Source of the DNA: Nemertoderma westbladi
Taxonomy: Eukaryota; Animalia; Xenacoelomorpha
Assembly (NCBI GenBank): GCA_032718475.1
Contig: JAUCBJ010000969.1
Location: forward strand, 2,416-66,415
DNA length: 64,000 nucleotides
Direction of reading: 5' to 3'
The notes under the pieces are model-generated. The model saw nothing but the letters and a program-made list of their open reading frames with translations, searched no databases and was not told the DNA's origin. The position numbers and the translations under genes were made by a program. Shown in pieces: positions 11,401-23,664 of this stretch (within the stretch, counting starts at the first letter, position 1; each line of letters opens with the position of its first letter).

Positions 11401-14400
11401 ACATCGCTTTGATGTCGCAGGTGAATGCTATCCGGTTTTCCCTGAACCTGATCAACACGCCAATGAGTGTACAGTATATGTTGGGCCCCGTATAAAGCTG
11501 GCTGTTCAGGGATTCGCCTTGATACATAGCGGGAGCGGCGGCATCATTGACTACTCGGATTTTACCACCCTTCCGGGCTTCTACCACATAGTGGGTTGGG
11601 AGATAATATGTTCTTTTACCCCCTTGCAGTTCATTCCGGGGTACCATTTCTGCTAATCCATCTTCGAGATATCCTTTGATTACATTATTATATTTCTCCT
11701 TTATCTCGGGTTGGTCATTCAGCCGGCGTAGGATCCCTTTAAGTCGCCTAAGGGCCATGTTGGCGTTATTCGCCATTGGTTTATTTGGGTCCTTCCATAA
11801 CATGGGTGAACACCAGTGTCCGTCTTTGAACGTGGCCTGATCAAGGACGTCAATACAATATTGATCCTCCTCGGACGGGTTTTCGTCCTTTTCAGCGAAC
11901 TCTTGGGTCTCTAGATTAAAGTATTTAGTCATCTCCTGCTGGGTTTTCTTGGTCTCAAGAAACAAATCCTCGTCAAGGTCTGTAGCTGAACAATAACCCA
12001 CGGAGGTTGCATTCTCTTTAATCTGACATTTAGGAAGGTATGTATAGGTGTCTGTAGTCTCTTCCTTGATGCCGCAGAGTGTCCATCCCATGATTGTTCG
12101 TTCAGCGTAAAAGCCGTCATCCTGCTTTATAGATCGGGCGACGTCTCCGGTGGGTATGTGTAATTCCGGTGTGTCAAGTCCGATCAATAAGGTGATGCGG
12201 TTTACGTCCAATGGCGGGCACCTTAGGTCTACATCTTCTCGGTCCAACTGTATGAGAGGGGCGTATTCGGCTGATTGTCAGAACCGCACTCGGAGATCTG
12301 TGTGTACCAAGGCATTCTTGATTATCAGCTTAACCGTCTCGTAGCCCTTCATTACTCCTTCCATCTGGAGCTGCACCTCCCCTGATTCTACTTCTCTGTG
12401 GTCGGTGATAGTTTGTATGGGCCGTTTGCAAGGTTCATAGTCTAGGCCGAGTTGCTCGAGGAAATCCCGGTCGATGATGGTTCCGTCCGACCCGTTATCA
12501 AGGAACGCGAGCATTGTCAAGGATTTCCTGACCCCTTGAATTCTTACTGGGATTACTTTGGCGAAGACCATATAACGGCGATTTATAAGGTTGATCATGG
12601 CTGAGATATTTGTCACTTGTGATGCATCAGTGGAGGTTTTAAACGGGTTGGTTTCTCTCCGTTGGGTTGTCCGGGTTCCTTTAGAAACGTGGTTCGTTTC
12701 TCCTCTTCGTTTGGCTTCAATCCGAAAGGGGAGGGTGGTGAAGTCAAAGTTCGCGGGGATGTGGAGGAGTGTGTGATGACGTAGGTCATTACAGACCGCA
12801 CAGCACGATCTTTGGTCGCAATCCCGAACATAGTTCCAAGACACCGGAAGCATCCTCGGTGTTTCATTATTGCCTCGAAGCGTGGGACGAGTTCGGCAAA
12901 CTAGAACTTCCTGCAGAATTCCACTTTATGTTTCTCTCCGCAGAAGAGACAGAGAAGGGAGTTTGTGATTCCTTCCCTTTCGGGTGCCCAATTCGCAAGA
13001 TAACACGCCCATTCCTCGGCTGATGTTGGTTCCTCGTAGTCTTCATCGTCGGAATCCTCGGCCATGGTGATAGCCATCGTACTCACCGGAGGGGGACGGA
13101 ATCTCGGTTTCTGAGTGGGTGTCTTACTCCTGGAGTTGCTCTCTATTCCGTCTAACTTGGCGAGACTTTGTTTCGAGAACATCGAGTCATTCATGGCTTC
13201 GGAGATATCGTCCAGGAATGCCGACATTTCGAGGGAACTGGGATCTCGATCTGGGTGTCTGCGCCGGAGATCTACGCATTTATAGGCCCACTTACTTTGC
13301 AGCCATCCGGGGAACTTTCGGGCGATCTGTCGGAGGTTTAGAATGTTGTTTACTTGTTCCTCCTTATTTAATGGTTTTAGAGTGTAGTAGGCATCCTTCA
13401 TGGAATCTGAGAATTCCTGGATATTCTGTGGGTCCCCTAGGGATCCCGCGTCCTGTATCAGTTTCTCGAGAGTTTTATTAATTATAGTCCCGATATTTCC
13501 GTATCTTTTATCTAGAGTTTTCCATGCGTCATAGTATGCCTCATGAGCTCCTCCCTCAAAGCATGCGATAATCCGGCGTGGTTTGACGCCCAGGTATTGG
13601 GATAAATATACTAGTTTTTGTGCGTCGGCTATGTCCATTGACCCAATCTGCGCGAAAAACCGTTTCTTGAATCTGAGGTAATCGACGGGATCTCCTTCGA
13701 AGGTGCGGATCTCCATCTTGGGCATGGCCAGTCGGTTCTCTAATGCCCGGATAATGCCAACGTCGTCTGAACCGGAGTGACTAGGAGGGTTATAGTTATT
13801 GGCACTCTCTCCCATACACGATGGATCGATGATAGGTGGAGTTTTAATGATGACGCGGCTACAGATTTGTGGTGTGGATGTAAATGGGTTGTTGGAACCG
13901 GGAGTGGCGACCCGTTCCGAGTCCTTTTCAGGCTCGTACTTGGGAACGCTCGGGACCATGGGATTGGCTGGGATATAAGGTTCCTCATTCTTAAGCGTAA
14001 CCGGTGGGGGATGGAATACCGGTGCTTGTGCCGATAACGTAGACTGTATGGTAGGCGGGAACTCGGGTTTCGGAGGTTTCACCGCCGGTGTCGTTAATGA
14101 CTTCTCTAATTCTGATATCGGTATTGGTTCATAGTTCTGATCTATACCCCTTTCCCAGTCCTCGTATATTTGAATATCTCGTTCTATAAGCGCGGCTTCG
14201 TATTCCGCGAGTTTTGCAATATCCGCATTCTTTTTGTGGATGAGAATCGCTTGGGCCTCGGCGTGTTGTTTACGCATTTCTGCCTCCCATTTACGTTGTT
14301 CGATCTCCTGTTTGGCCTCTCGTTCGCGTTGTTCGGCCTGCCGTTCGGCCTCTTGTTTGGCCTCTCGTCTACGTTGTTCAGCCTCCTGTTCGCGTTGTTC

Positions 14401-15063
14401 GGCCTGCCGTTCGGCCTCTTGTCTATGCTGTTCGGCCTCCTGTTCGGCCTCTCGTTTTTGCATTTCGGCTGCTAATACATCTTGCTCGACTTGCAGTTGA
14501 ACATACTCATCTTCCATCCGAGCTTTGAGGGCTAATGCCTTCTGTTCTCGTAGCTGATCTCGGAGTGGCTGACCCCCTTGAGAACTGCGTGCCGAACCGG
14601 ACCTCTCGCTCCTAGCGCTGGAATGCTGGTTCCTAGAGGACCCCGTTCTCTTTCGATGAATTGCTGTCCTGGTGCTGGAGGATCGCACTGATTCTGAGTC
14701 TGTTCTTTCCGCTCTTTTATAGTACTGTTCCTCGTAGCCTCTAACGAGGCTGAGGGTCCTCCGGTGTTGTTTGCGGAATTCATCTAGATGTACAACATGT
14801 TCCTCTAATCTGGGGTAGTTTACCTGATTGGTGGCGGGAATGAGTTCTTGATACTCCTGTATCATCCTCTCATATCGTTGTAAGATACTTCGGATATTCT
14901 GAAGCTGAGTTTGTATCTCGTTGAGGGGAGTTTCGACTCTCTTGAGTTGTTTCTCTATACATTGATACGCTCGAGTGACTCTGCCTTTGAGAGCGCCTAG
15001 TCGACGGGTCATGTTCTTGACATTCGGTACCTCGTTGGCTTCCGAGTCTGTGTGGGTGTCCAT
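8468..15063 (-). pseudogene. BEL/Pao gag-pol polyprotein with 2 in-frame stops and about 4 frameshifts
   Basis: Gag: FEGDPVDY...KLVYL, and Zn knuckles CLFCGEKH, CFRCL, CAVC..HHTLLH. Protease: AFLDNGS. RT: YYLPTH, RVVNDAA, DIKAMF, FGAKDSP, YVDD. Pao RNase H: FSDAS, TIPRLEL, WVDS, NPAD. Integrase: HHAG..CFPC, GVDCFGP, SDNGTNF, GVWEKL, plus a C-terminal W..EYL..LR.R.KW domain. Confidence 0.93.
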
Positions 15064-15092
15064 CTCGTCGGTGTCGGAGACGTTGTTTGTCG

Positions 15093-15284
15093 TCAATCTA
15101 GCGCCTCGTTGATAGCTAGATATGCGATGTCGTAAAATAGTTCTTCGTAGCTCTCGTACTCGGCTTGGACTACCCGAATGGTAATCCTGAATCGTCCGAC
15201 GTTCGTTCCTTGTACTTCAACCTCGACGTGCCAGATTCCTGGCTCAACTTGGATTATGTCAATAGGTGTGATCGATACTTCCAT
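15093..15284 (-). CDS. Small 63-aa ORF in the element-1 leader, upstream of gag; function unknown
   Basis: True ATG at 15284, no interruptions, protein-like beta-strand then acidic-helix pattern; ends 30 nt before the gag ATG. Confidence 0.35.
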   Translation of the reverse strand: MEVSITPIDIIQVEPGIWHVEVEVQGTNVGRFRITIRVVQAEYESYEELFYDIAYLAINEALD

Positions 15285-15478
15285 TCCCTGTTAACGACTC
15301 TCTTATATGTGATCTGCCAACTACGAGTTTTTTATATCGAGTTTGTTGATTGATTAAACCACAGCTTTGTCTTAACTCAAATACCAGAGTTTCCTCGTAG
15401 TGGGTTCTGGGTAAGCACGGAGAGAGTTTGAAGAGTATTGTAGGATTCCCAACTTCCACCAGTTGAAGTTGGCCGCGT

Positions 15479-15490
15479 CTTATTCTCAAT
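15479..15490 (-). promoter_or_regulatory. Non-tRNA primer-binding-site position (ATTGAGAATAAG), complementary to LTR nt 15689-15700
   Basis: Lies 2 nt after the 5' LTR end and has no TGG. Perfect 12-nt reverse complement inside both LTRs (15689-15700 and 4166-4177). Confidence 0.7.
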
Positions 15491-15492
15491 TT

Positions 15493-15972
15493 TGTTGCCG
15501 TTATTCCCGACACCATGGGGGAAAACGCCGATGCTGGAGGCGGAACTTTTCAGACCACGGAATCCCGGCCAGTCACCAGATATTGATTGTGGAGAAGGAA
15601 TACGTTCTTAAATGCAAGATTGCGGTTGAGGAAAAGCTGCATTGGTTGGATATACTCTTTAATGTAACTTCCCTACAGTTGAACCTTGATTGAGAATAAG
15701 TTGGGCTTCCCCAAATCAATATACACCAAATATTCACAATAATAATACACGACAATATAAATCCCTTTTCCTTCCCCCCCTGGCCCTTATATACATGAAA
15801 TGAGTCCCGTACCCCGTAAGTCGCCCCAATATTCGCCCATAAATCGCCCCCAGTTCATTGAGTGTGCCCAAAACCCATGTTCCCGCACCCAGTAGTGATA
15901 TCGGAATAATCATTTTAAATAAATCCAAAAAATATTCAACTCGCGTTAGGAAAAGTTGAAATACCGCGAACA
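15493..15972 (-). repeat. 5' LTR of BEL/Pao element 1
   Basis: Direct repeat of 3970-4446. On the minus strand, TATATAAG near 15793 and ATTAAA at 15663-15658. Confidence 0.95.
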
Positions 15973-16619
15973 TTGTGTTATCATTATTAAGGGAAGCCCT
16001 ATTGCTGTATTGTATTGTTATCAAGGCGTTCTTTACGCAAATAACGTCTTGTATTGTATACATTCACTGACCACAGCCGCAGCCATCGAGTCAGACATCC
16101 AATAGAATCAACTCACCTTAAATTTGCTACAGTTTGTGTATGTGTCTCCTGGTCTGTGTCACTAATGAAATGCATACGCCCCATGATAAATAAATGCATG
16201 TTCTGAAAGGAATATTTTACGACATTGGCTGCCGCTCCCATTTTAACTACTGCTGTACTAAGGGCCCTCCAACTTTGTTTCATTATTAAATTGAATTATT
16301 AAATTAAATATATATATTTTCTGAAATAAATATTTATGACATGGGCTCTAGATATAAATAACGGTAGTTATGTAATAGCACTTTGGCAGCCCTAGGTGAT
16401 TTACTGTCCATTCCGAAAGAGGCGACTATTGGGACTGTTTATACAGTATATTGAAAGAGAGTGTAAAAAAACTACAGTAGTAACAGAAGGCAATAATTCG
16501 GTGAAGATTTGAGTTGATGTAAGTATCCATATACATTATACAATCGTTGGTAATAACATTTTTCGTGCAGTCAACAAAAGGGGTTTCAACACATAAATTA
16601 CATACAGTAGATACATACA

Positions 16620-16943
16620 TACAGTGTCAAGTACAATGCTCACATCTCCAACCAGACACTATATAACATTGGAGGTGTCTCATTGGTTCCCCCGAGCTTG
16701 ACACTAGAACAAAATCGCCTCCGCTTTGCAGGACATTGCTTTTGCCGTGAGGACCAGCCAGTGCATAATCTTGTACTTTGGCGGCCTCATGGAGTGAATA
16801 AGCATGGTGGACAGCCCATGACTTTCTTGAGACGCATCATAAAGGACACTGGCCTTGAAGATGCGGATGATCTAGTAAATGTCATGGGTGATAGGGAGTT
16901 GTGGCGGCGCAATTTTGTCGACAAGCAGGCACAGCATTCTTAA
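16620..16943 (+). mobile_element. 3' fragment of an RTE-group LINE ORF
   Basis: HISNQTLY...NRLRFAGHC.R...LVLWRP.G...GG...TF...DTGL...MGDRELWR is a typical RTE-type C-terminus. Confidence 0.75.
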
Positions 16944-17253
16944 AAATGCAGCTGCAACGCAGCATGCCGATACTAGTAGTAGTAGTACATACAGTAGAGT
17001 ATTAAAAGCTTGGCTCCGGCTTATTTTTCGCCACCCTCTGGCCTGCGCACGCCCGGTTAGACTCGCACCCACCCCCCGCTACGCAACGCCACTGCTACTG
17101 GGGAATACATAGTATTCCAAATCGTATCTGTGATGTGTTTCCAGTTTTTTCGGCTTTTTAGCAAATTAAACTGTATGTACCGGTCCCATGGGCTCTGTGT
17201 CGAATCTAATTTAACTGAGGCCTAAGCGTTTTGCATGACATTTCTCTCGTATC

Positions 17254-17463
17254 TCATCTGGACCAATCAGGAAACAGTATTCGACTACGCGTATGCATAC
17301 GCGTATGTCAAATCGCTCAATGTAATATATAGAAAATAATAATAATAATATATTTATATAGCGCCTTTCTGAGCATATTTCAAGGCGCTTTTAGATACGT
17401 GGATACGTACGCACATACGTGGATACGTACGGCATACGTGGAAAAGTAAAACCCGCCAATGAG
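17254..17463. repeat. Inverted copy of the 2848-3030 repeat
   Basis: Reverse-complement match to 2848-3030 with an internal AT-rich insertion. Confidence 0.7.
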
Positions 17464-17611
17464 ATGATTGTCATCGGCAACACCACTCCAACACAAGTGA
17501 AAGTCAACTTTACTGGTATCTATTTGGTGCGTCCACATGTTACACCAGTTATGTATTTGATACCACCAACTTTATGCAGTCTACTCATACTCAAAAACGA
17601 ACTTTTATTAT

Positions 17612-17816
17612 AGGGTAGTGGGGCGGGGGGGGTGTGGGATTTTTGACGCAATCAGAATTCATCCCTCTCCAGGGGTAAATCGGCGCAAATAAAAGCTGAT
17701 TGCTCCCAAAAATAAAATTAAACTACCTATTCTATTGACTTTCATTTATTGTTTTGGTTAGAAAAAATTATAATTTGGCGAGAAGATACTCCCCCCCCCC
17801 CCCCCCACCCTGTCTC
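17612..17816. mobile_element. Degenerate MITE related to 21942-22221
   Basis: Shares gacgcaat..aattcatccctctccagggg.aaat.g.cgcaaat in inverted orientation; ends in a C-run followed by cctgtctc. Confidence 0.55.
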
Positions 17817-18198
17817 GTAAAATTAGAATTAGGTGGACTTTTCGTTAGGAACATTGCTATTATGATTAAAACAAAACATTAATTTAATTATTAATTAATT
17901 TAATTAACACTTTGGAGAACTAACATTTAGGGAAGGTGCGATATAAGCAGTGCATGACTAATTGTTCCAATTTATTATTCTAGAACTTGAAACATATTAT
18001 TTAGAATTAGGTAAGTAAATAAACGAAAATAAGTGATAAATAAATAAATATAAGTGGCACAAGATAATACTGAATAATCACAATTAAGTAAGATTATATA
18101 CAAGTAATAAATATATAAGTAACACAAAAATATAATTATTATTAGGTTTGCGATTGTATTCAATAATTTAAAGGTTCATAATTTATAAGATTGCATTT

Positions 18199-20145
18199 TT
18201 ATACTTTAACAAAGAATTTAATATAGTGGCAATAATAAGCGATAATAAGCCATAAGGTAGTGCCGAATATATTAACAAATAACCTGTAACCATGGGTTAC
18301 TGGGGTGCACCAACTAAAGGGGAAGTCCCCGTGAGTGAGTTCGTGGCCCACATAGAGAAGTATTGAGTTCATACCGGCGAAGTAAAAGGGACTACCAGAC
18401 CAAAAACTGAATAGGTCGATCAATATGTATAGGATAGCGACTAGGAAGAATGCCATCGCCCCTGTGGAGAGAATGTAGGATAGAGACCAGAGGTTCTTAT
18501 TGATTGGAATCCATCCGTCGTTTAAGGAGGCCTTACAAAGAAGTAGAGATAGGGAAGCGAGAATAAGGGACCACAGGAACCAGCGGTAAACGCGCTGCTT
18601 CCCACAGCCGTAGACGCTGAGGATACAACCGGCTTGGAAGCCAAGGAAGGTGAGCACGATGGATGTGAGACATCCGAGGATTCCTTCGGGGTCGTACGCC
18701 ATCGCGCTGTGGTACAGCGCGGCTCCGGTGAACCGCGGGTATATGTGCGCCGGTGAGAGCACCACACGGTCTATGTAGCCCGCCGCACCGCCGGTGCAGT
18801 TGGGACCGCCGGGGGACAGCCCCCCGGGCCCCAGGTACCCGGTGGGACAGCCGGGGACCTCCAGTCCCAACGTGAGTCCCGTGTGGACCCCGAGGAGAGT
18901 GACGACTACGACCCACTGCGGCCAATAGTAGACTAGATCCCGCACCGGGGACCACCACTTGGCGACCGCTGCAACGTCGTTGACGCACCTTCGTCTAGGC
19001 AGCAGTATAAGCCCAACGACGAGATACGAGACAGCAAACCGCTGCAGAACCCCCGGGATTCGGAGTTTCGATAAATCGGTTCCCCAATGATCCCGACTCG
19101 AACCCGCTGTGTTGACGAAAATCCCCAAAGCGAAGAGAATAACGGAACGTCGGAGAACCTTATAGAGGATAGTTAACCGGGACGTGGCATTGCGTTCTAA
19201 CGAGCGGAATGTTAACGCCATGCTGGTTCCCATCGCGAATATAAACCATGGGAACACCAAATCGGCGACGGTTAAACCGTTCCACGGCGAGTGCTTGAAG
19301 AAGTAGTAACCGCCGCCACCGTAGTTAACGAATATCATGAGCGTGATAGCGACGCCGCGGAAAGTGTCCAGACTTCGGATCCGTTTCCGGGAGCTTCGTA
19401 CCTCGAGAACGCCCACCGATATATCCGGTGTAATACCGCCGGTGACGGATGTTCCGACACTAGACGACGGAGGTTCGCCCAGCTCAGAGTTTATTAGCGT
19501 TTCGTTCTCCCCGTCGCAGCATAGCTTGCGTAGCCTCCGCCGGTGGTGCACAGGGAAGAGAACAAAGACGTAGATTAAACTCGCGCCTAATAGAACGCTA
19601 ACTGCGACGATAAGCGGGATAACTGGATTGGACGGATGATTCAACGGCCATAAGTTACACACATATTGGCTGGAAGGCATGATTTCTGTACCTGTAACGA
19701 GGGACGCGACATCCATAGCAACCGGTAGACTCCCATTCTGTACGATCATTAGTTGGTAAATCCCAAACTCATCGAAATCGTAGTGAAGTCGACAAATACC
19801 GGAAGTGTTTCCGGATATCCGGACAGTAAACTCCACGGCTGAGTATACCATATCGATGAGAATCTGGTCGTCGGATTGCACGTCCAACCTCGCTACTCGG
19901 AACGGTTCGCATTGGTAACAGGAATCGTAGGTGATATAAACCCCAACGGGCACGTCTATAGTAGAGTTTATGTAAAGCAACGCCTGGTTAATAATTAGCG
20001 TCCCATCCCAGCTGGGTTTGGCAAGGCGATTGGGGGTCAGGGATGACTCAATATGATTCGTGGAATCTTTCGGGGAATCAAATACCGGTACACCCACAGA
20101 AAGGAGTGACGATATTAGAATAGAGGTTGCTTGGAATACAATCAT
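18199..20145 (-). CDS. HGSNAT: Heparan-alpha-glucosaminide N-acetyltransferase, single exon, 648 aa
   Basis: Signal peptide and lumenal domain (CYQC); ENETLINSELG dileucine region; RIRSLDTFRG; FVNYGGGGYYFFKHSPWNGLTVADLVFPWF with the catalytic His; RIPGVLQRF; CPTGYLGPGG; DPEGILG; PINKNLWSLSY; GMNSILLYVGHE. Confidence 0.97.
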   Translation of the reverse strand: MIVFQATSILISSLLSVGVPVFDSPKDSTNHIESSLTPNRLAKPSWDGTLIINQALLYINSTIDVPVGVYITYDSCYQCEPFRVARLDVQSDDQILIDMVYSAVEFTVRISGNTSGICRLHYDFDEFGIYQLMIVQNGSLPVAMDVASLVTGTEIMPSSQYVCNLWPLNHPSNPVIPLIVAVSVLLGASLIYVFVLFPVHHRRRLRKLCCDGENETLINSELGEPPSSSVGTSVTGGITPDISVGVLEVRSSRKRIRSLDTFRGVAITLMIFVNYGGGGYYFFKHSPWNGLTVADLVFPWFIFAMGTSMALTFRSLERNATSRLTILYKVLRRSVILFALGIFVNTAGSSRDHWGTDLSKLRIPGVLQRFAVSYLVVGLILLPRRRCVNDVAAVAKWWSPVRDLVYYWPQWVVVVTLLGVHTGLTLGLEVPGCPTGYLGPGGLSPGGPNCTGGAAGYIDRVVLSPAHIYPRFTGAALYHSAMAYDPEGILGCLTSIVLTFLGFQAGCILSVYGCGKQRVYRWFLWSLILASLSLLLCKASLNDGWIPINKNLWSLSYILSTGAMAFFLVAILYILIDLFSFWSGSPFYFAGMNSILLYVGHELTHGDFPFSWCTPVTHGYRLFVNIFGTTLWLIIAYYCHYIKFFVKV

Positions 20146-21214
20146 TGTGACACTACAGCACTGTCAACTATCAGACTACAGGACTAGTTCCTGAGTTCAG
20201 AACTTCCATTACTGCAGTACTGTTATATTCATTTGAATTAGTTGTTACCGGCTGACCGGTATAGCATGGGGCTTATATCACATATCAGTCAGTCTATACA
20301 CAATGCGTCGCCATGCACCATGACCATTACTGACCATTATAGCAGCATTAGGCCTATGCTATGCCTATAGATCTGTAGATTGATGTGTACTGCGGTACTC
20401 GGGTAGCCTGGGTAGCAGGTAGCTAGCACACATGGCAGCGCATGCCAGTTGTCGGTTCAGAAACTAAAAAGAAAGAAAGATACGGTTTGACACTGACACA
20501 CACACACACCTACACACACCCACAGACCCACCTGCATTCAGTATTTATTTAGACAACAGGATTATTTTAATTACATGTTTGCTTACATTTGCATTACGTA
20601 ACTACAGTCAGACAGTAAGTAGGCCTACCGCCAACTGGGGAGATACTAGAATCGACTTTCAAACTTCTCATCATGAGATTCTCATGACCACTTCTCAATC
20701 TTCCTTTTATTTATTAAATTAAAGCAATTGTATAACTGAGCCTCGTCCTGCGCGATGGCCCCACGATCGTGTCATGTCCCTTATCATATCTATCAGAATG
20801 CATATTTTCTTAGTTTGCTTTTGTCAGTTTGCTTAAAACCTTTTACCATTTATCACCACTTAATTATACACATTAGACCTCATTAATATTTAATATCTTA
20901 ATAACTAATAGACAAACTGCATTTATTTATATTGATCCTATATAATCGACGTTCTTAACTATGTACATTTCAATAGTTTTTACTGGCGGCTTTCCTGTTC
21001 TTTTTTAATTTAATTTTTAACTTTCTTTCAATTTTAATCAAATAATAAAATATAAGTTTTAAAAATGCTACCCATAATTAAATCAAGTTTTTAAATATAA
21101 ATTTGTTCGTCCTATTTGTGTAAACCATAATTTTATTTATTTTATTATTATTATATTTTTATATATTTTATATATATATATATTATATTTATTATATATT
21201 TTATTTTATAGACA

Positions 21215-21246
21215 CCCTAGATCCCTTCCTATAATAAATGTATAAT
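21215..21246 (+). repeat. Remnant of the 3' end of the hammerhead repeat family
   Basis: ccctagatcccttcctataataaatgtataat is identical to the unit end at about 43070-43100. Confidence 0.7.
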
Positions 21247-21941
21247 TTTATTTCACGTTTGAGTTTGTGTATTTTAAGATATTTTTAAGCCCTATGCTCT
21301 ACAGCCATAATTTAAATTACTACAGTATAGGGCTTACACATGTTTTTTTAAGTATGATTTTATGCTACATACTTTCATTTACGTACACTCTTATCAACAT
21401 TAATTAGTGCTAGGTAGTCTCTCTCGGGGCAAATAACACACCCTGGTTTGCCATTCCACAGGGTGGGTGTCGCAGTGGAGTCAAATATGAGGCCCATCAC
21501 CCATACCTACTCTGGCGCACATGACCCACATTGGCTGTGCAGCTCATCTGCTGGGTCATGCCCTGTACCCCTGCTGCCAGGTGCAGGTCGCAGTGAAGTG
21601 CACTCAGAGTGGACATGAGAACACTCTACTCCTAACCAGCCATTGGTAGATCACCATCTGCCTGGCCAGGCCATATACCCCTGCAGCCAAATATATGGGT
21701 CCTTAATCCAAGACCAAAGGGCGTCTTTATCCCAGAACGAAGCCTATAGTTACAGGACCTACTGTAGTTACAGGACCAGATTTGCCCTAGTAAGAGGGTC
21801 TATGCAGCTACAGGTGGCACCTCCTTTATACTGCATGGAGGTGGCAAGTTTTCTTGATCAATGACCTACATAGAATACCCTGACCTGACCTATGCTAGGT
21901 AGTAGTAGGTAAGGTACTTAGTTTGTTTCAGGTTAAATATT

Positions 21942-22221
21942 GAGACAGGGGGGGGGGGGGGTGGGGGGGGGGGGGGGGGGAACTGGACGCAAAACCCGCC
22001 TTGGCGAATTAACATCCCGCCTCAATGTTAAATTCTCAATTTAGGGAAAGGAGCAGGTTACAATGGCACGTTATTTTAACCAAAACAATAAACTAAGCAC
22101 AATAGAACAGGTTACAGTTTTATTTTTGAGAGTAATCAGCTGTTATTTGCGTCGAATTTCCCCTGGAGAGGGATGAATTTTATTGCGTCCAGTTCCCCCC
22201 CCCCCCCCCCCCCCCTATCTG
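21942..22221. mobile_element. MITE with G/C-run TIRs and 8-bp TSD
   Basis: gagacag-Gn-aactggacgcaa ... ttgcgtccagtt-Cn-tatctg. TAAATATT at 21934-21941 and 22222-22229. Confidence 0.75.
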
Positions 22222-22561
22222 TAAATATTATGACAGTAGTTTTATATTATGTCTGCACAGGTGCAATAAGCTTCTGCTTCCTCCACCTCAATATTAAACA
22301 TGTCTGCAAAAGGTATAAAAGCTGTTAATTTTACTATAATAGCTGGCTACTGTATAATAACACTCTTAAATGGGGTATCTTTTGGGCCATTACAGTATAA
22401 TATTTAAAAAAACAACTCTGGTCTGCCATTAGCCACTACGGCCAATTAGTTAATTAATTAATGAAATTAACTGTATTGTTTGTCTATTTGATCAATGGAG
22501 GCACGTTTCTAATGGGATAACTTGGGCCATTATAATGTTTTCAAAAGATTAAATTCATAAT

Positions 22562-23650
22562 TCAAATGAAATAAAACAGGAATTTAAATTCTAGATTTAC
22601 AGATCTTGTAATCGCGGCGGCTGGGATCTCGTTCCATAGTGTTGGACCCATATAAGAGAATGCGAGTTGTCCGAGTTTCGTGTTCTTGTTAGGAATTATC
22701 GGCTTCCGGTGGGCGCGACGTACATTCGTTGTCCCGCTCTCCCCGGAGAAGTTGATGAGGTCACCCAAGTACGACGGCCCATCGCCATTGCAAATTTTGT
22801 ACATGTGCGATATAGTACAACGGACTCACATCGTTCTTTTAGTGGAAGCCAGTTCAATGTAGCAAATTCAGCTGCACCGATATGAGTCCGTGGACCTAAA
22901 CCGAGGCAGTAACGAACGCATTTACGTTGGAGGGAATCGAGTTGGACCCGCTTTCGGTGCGCAATCGAGAAAACCCTTGCTGCGTAATCCATATGTGGCT
23001 GTATGAGAGCCATACATACTGTAGATGCGCCGAGTGCGGGGATCGAGGACAGCCCCTTGGCGGTGAAGGAATTTCAGTCGGCTGTTTCCTTTTTTTATTA
23101 TTGCGGTTAACATACTGTCACCGGAGAGTGTTTCATCGAGTTCAGAGCCCAGGTACGTTACCAAATTTTCCTGGAGACCGTTCCATCCACACGTCACTCT
23201 GAGTTCCGAACCTCTCGCAAGCCGCTGATGGGTTCCCAAAACAAATTACTTTAGTTTCGTTTAGGTTTATGCTCAGCTCGATTTTCCACACACCAACTGA
23301 ATGTTCGTTCCATATTCTCGGATAATGATTGTGATATTGATTCAGCATCTGGAGCAGAAAAAAGAAGATTGCAAACTTCGTCTGCAAACTTTGGAGCCAT
23401 AATATTGATAGCTTGGGGATAATCATTTGTATTTCCTGTGTAAAGATCAGGACCCAAGATAGACCCCTGGGGAAAACCGTGGTTAACATTCAATGGTTTT
23501 GAGAACGTACTATTAAGACAGACAAATTGTTTCCGTCCAGATATATATGAAGTCAATCATTGTGTAGCAAGATCAGAGAAACCCAACAGTTTAAACTTCT
23601 GGATTAGGAGAGAATGATTGGTTGTGTCAAAGGCTTTGCTGAAGTCGAAT
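22562..23650 (-). pseudogene. Degenerate 3' part of an L2/Crack/Daphne-like LINE reverse transcriptase
   Basis: FDFSKAFDT.NHSLL, SYISGRKQFV, PQGSILGP, FADE, YLGSELDETLS, ALIQPHMDY, AFSYMGPTLWNEIP, spread over several frames. Confidence 0.85.
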
Positions 23651-23664
23651 ACCGGGTACTGAAG

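Larger units (their letters stand above)
3970..15972 (-). mobile_element. Full-length BEL/Pao LTR retrotransposon with disrupted ORFs and an extra 3' ORF
   Basis: TG...CA LTRs at 3970-4446 and 15493-15972 differ at about 6 sites by eye. TSD TTGTG at 3965-3969 and 15973-15977. G7 polypurine tract at 4449-4455. Domain order gag-PR-RT-RH-IN with BEL-type motifs. Confidence 0.95.

Noticed and set aside
8468-15063. Apparent paradox of near-identical LTRs but a broken pol
   Set aside because: About 6 differences per ~480 bp of LTR, including indels, scale to enough lesions over 6.6 kb to explain the breaks.
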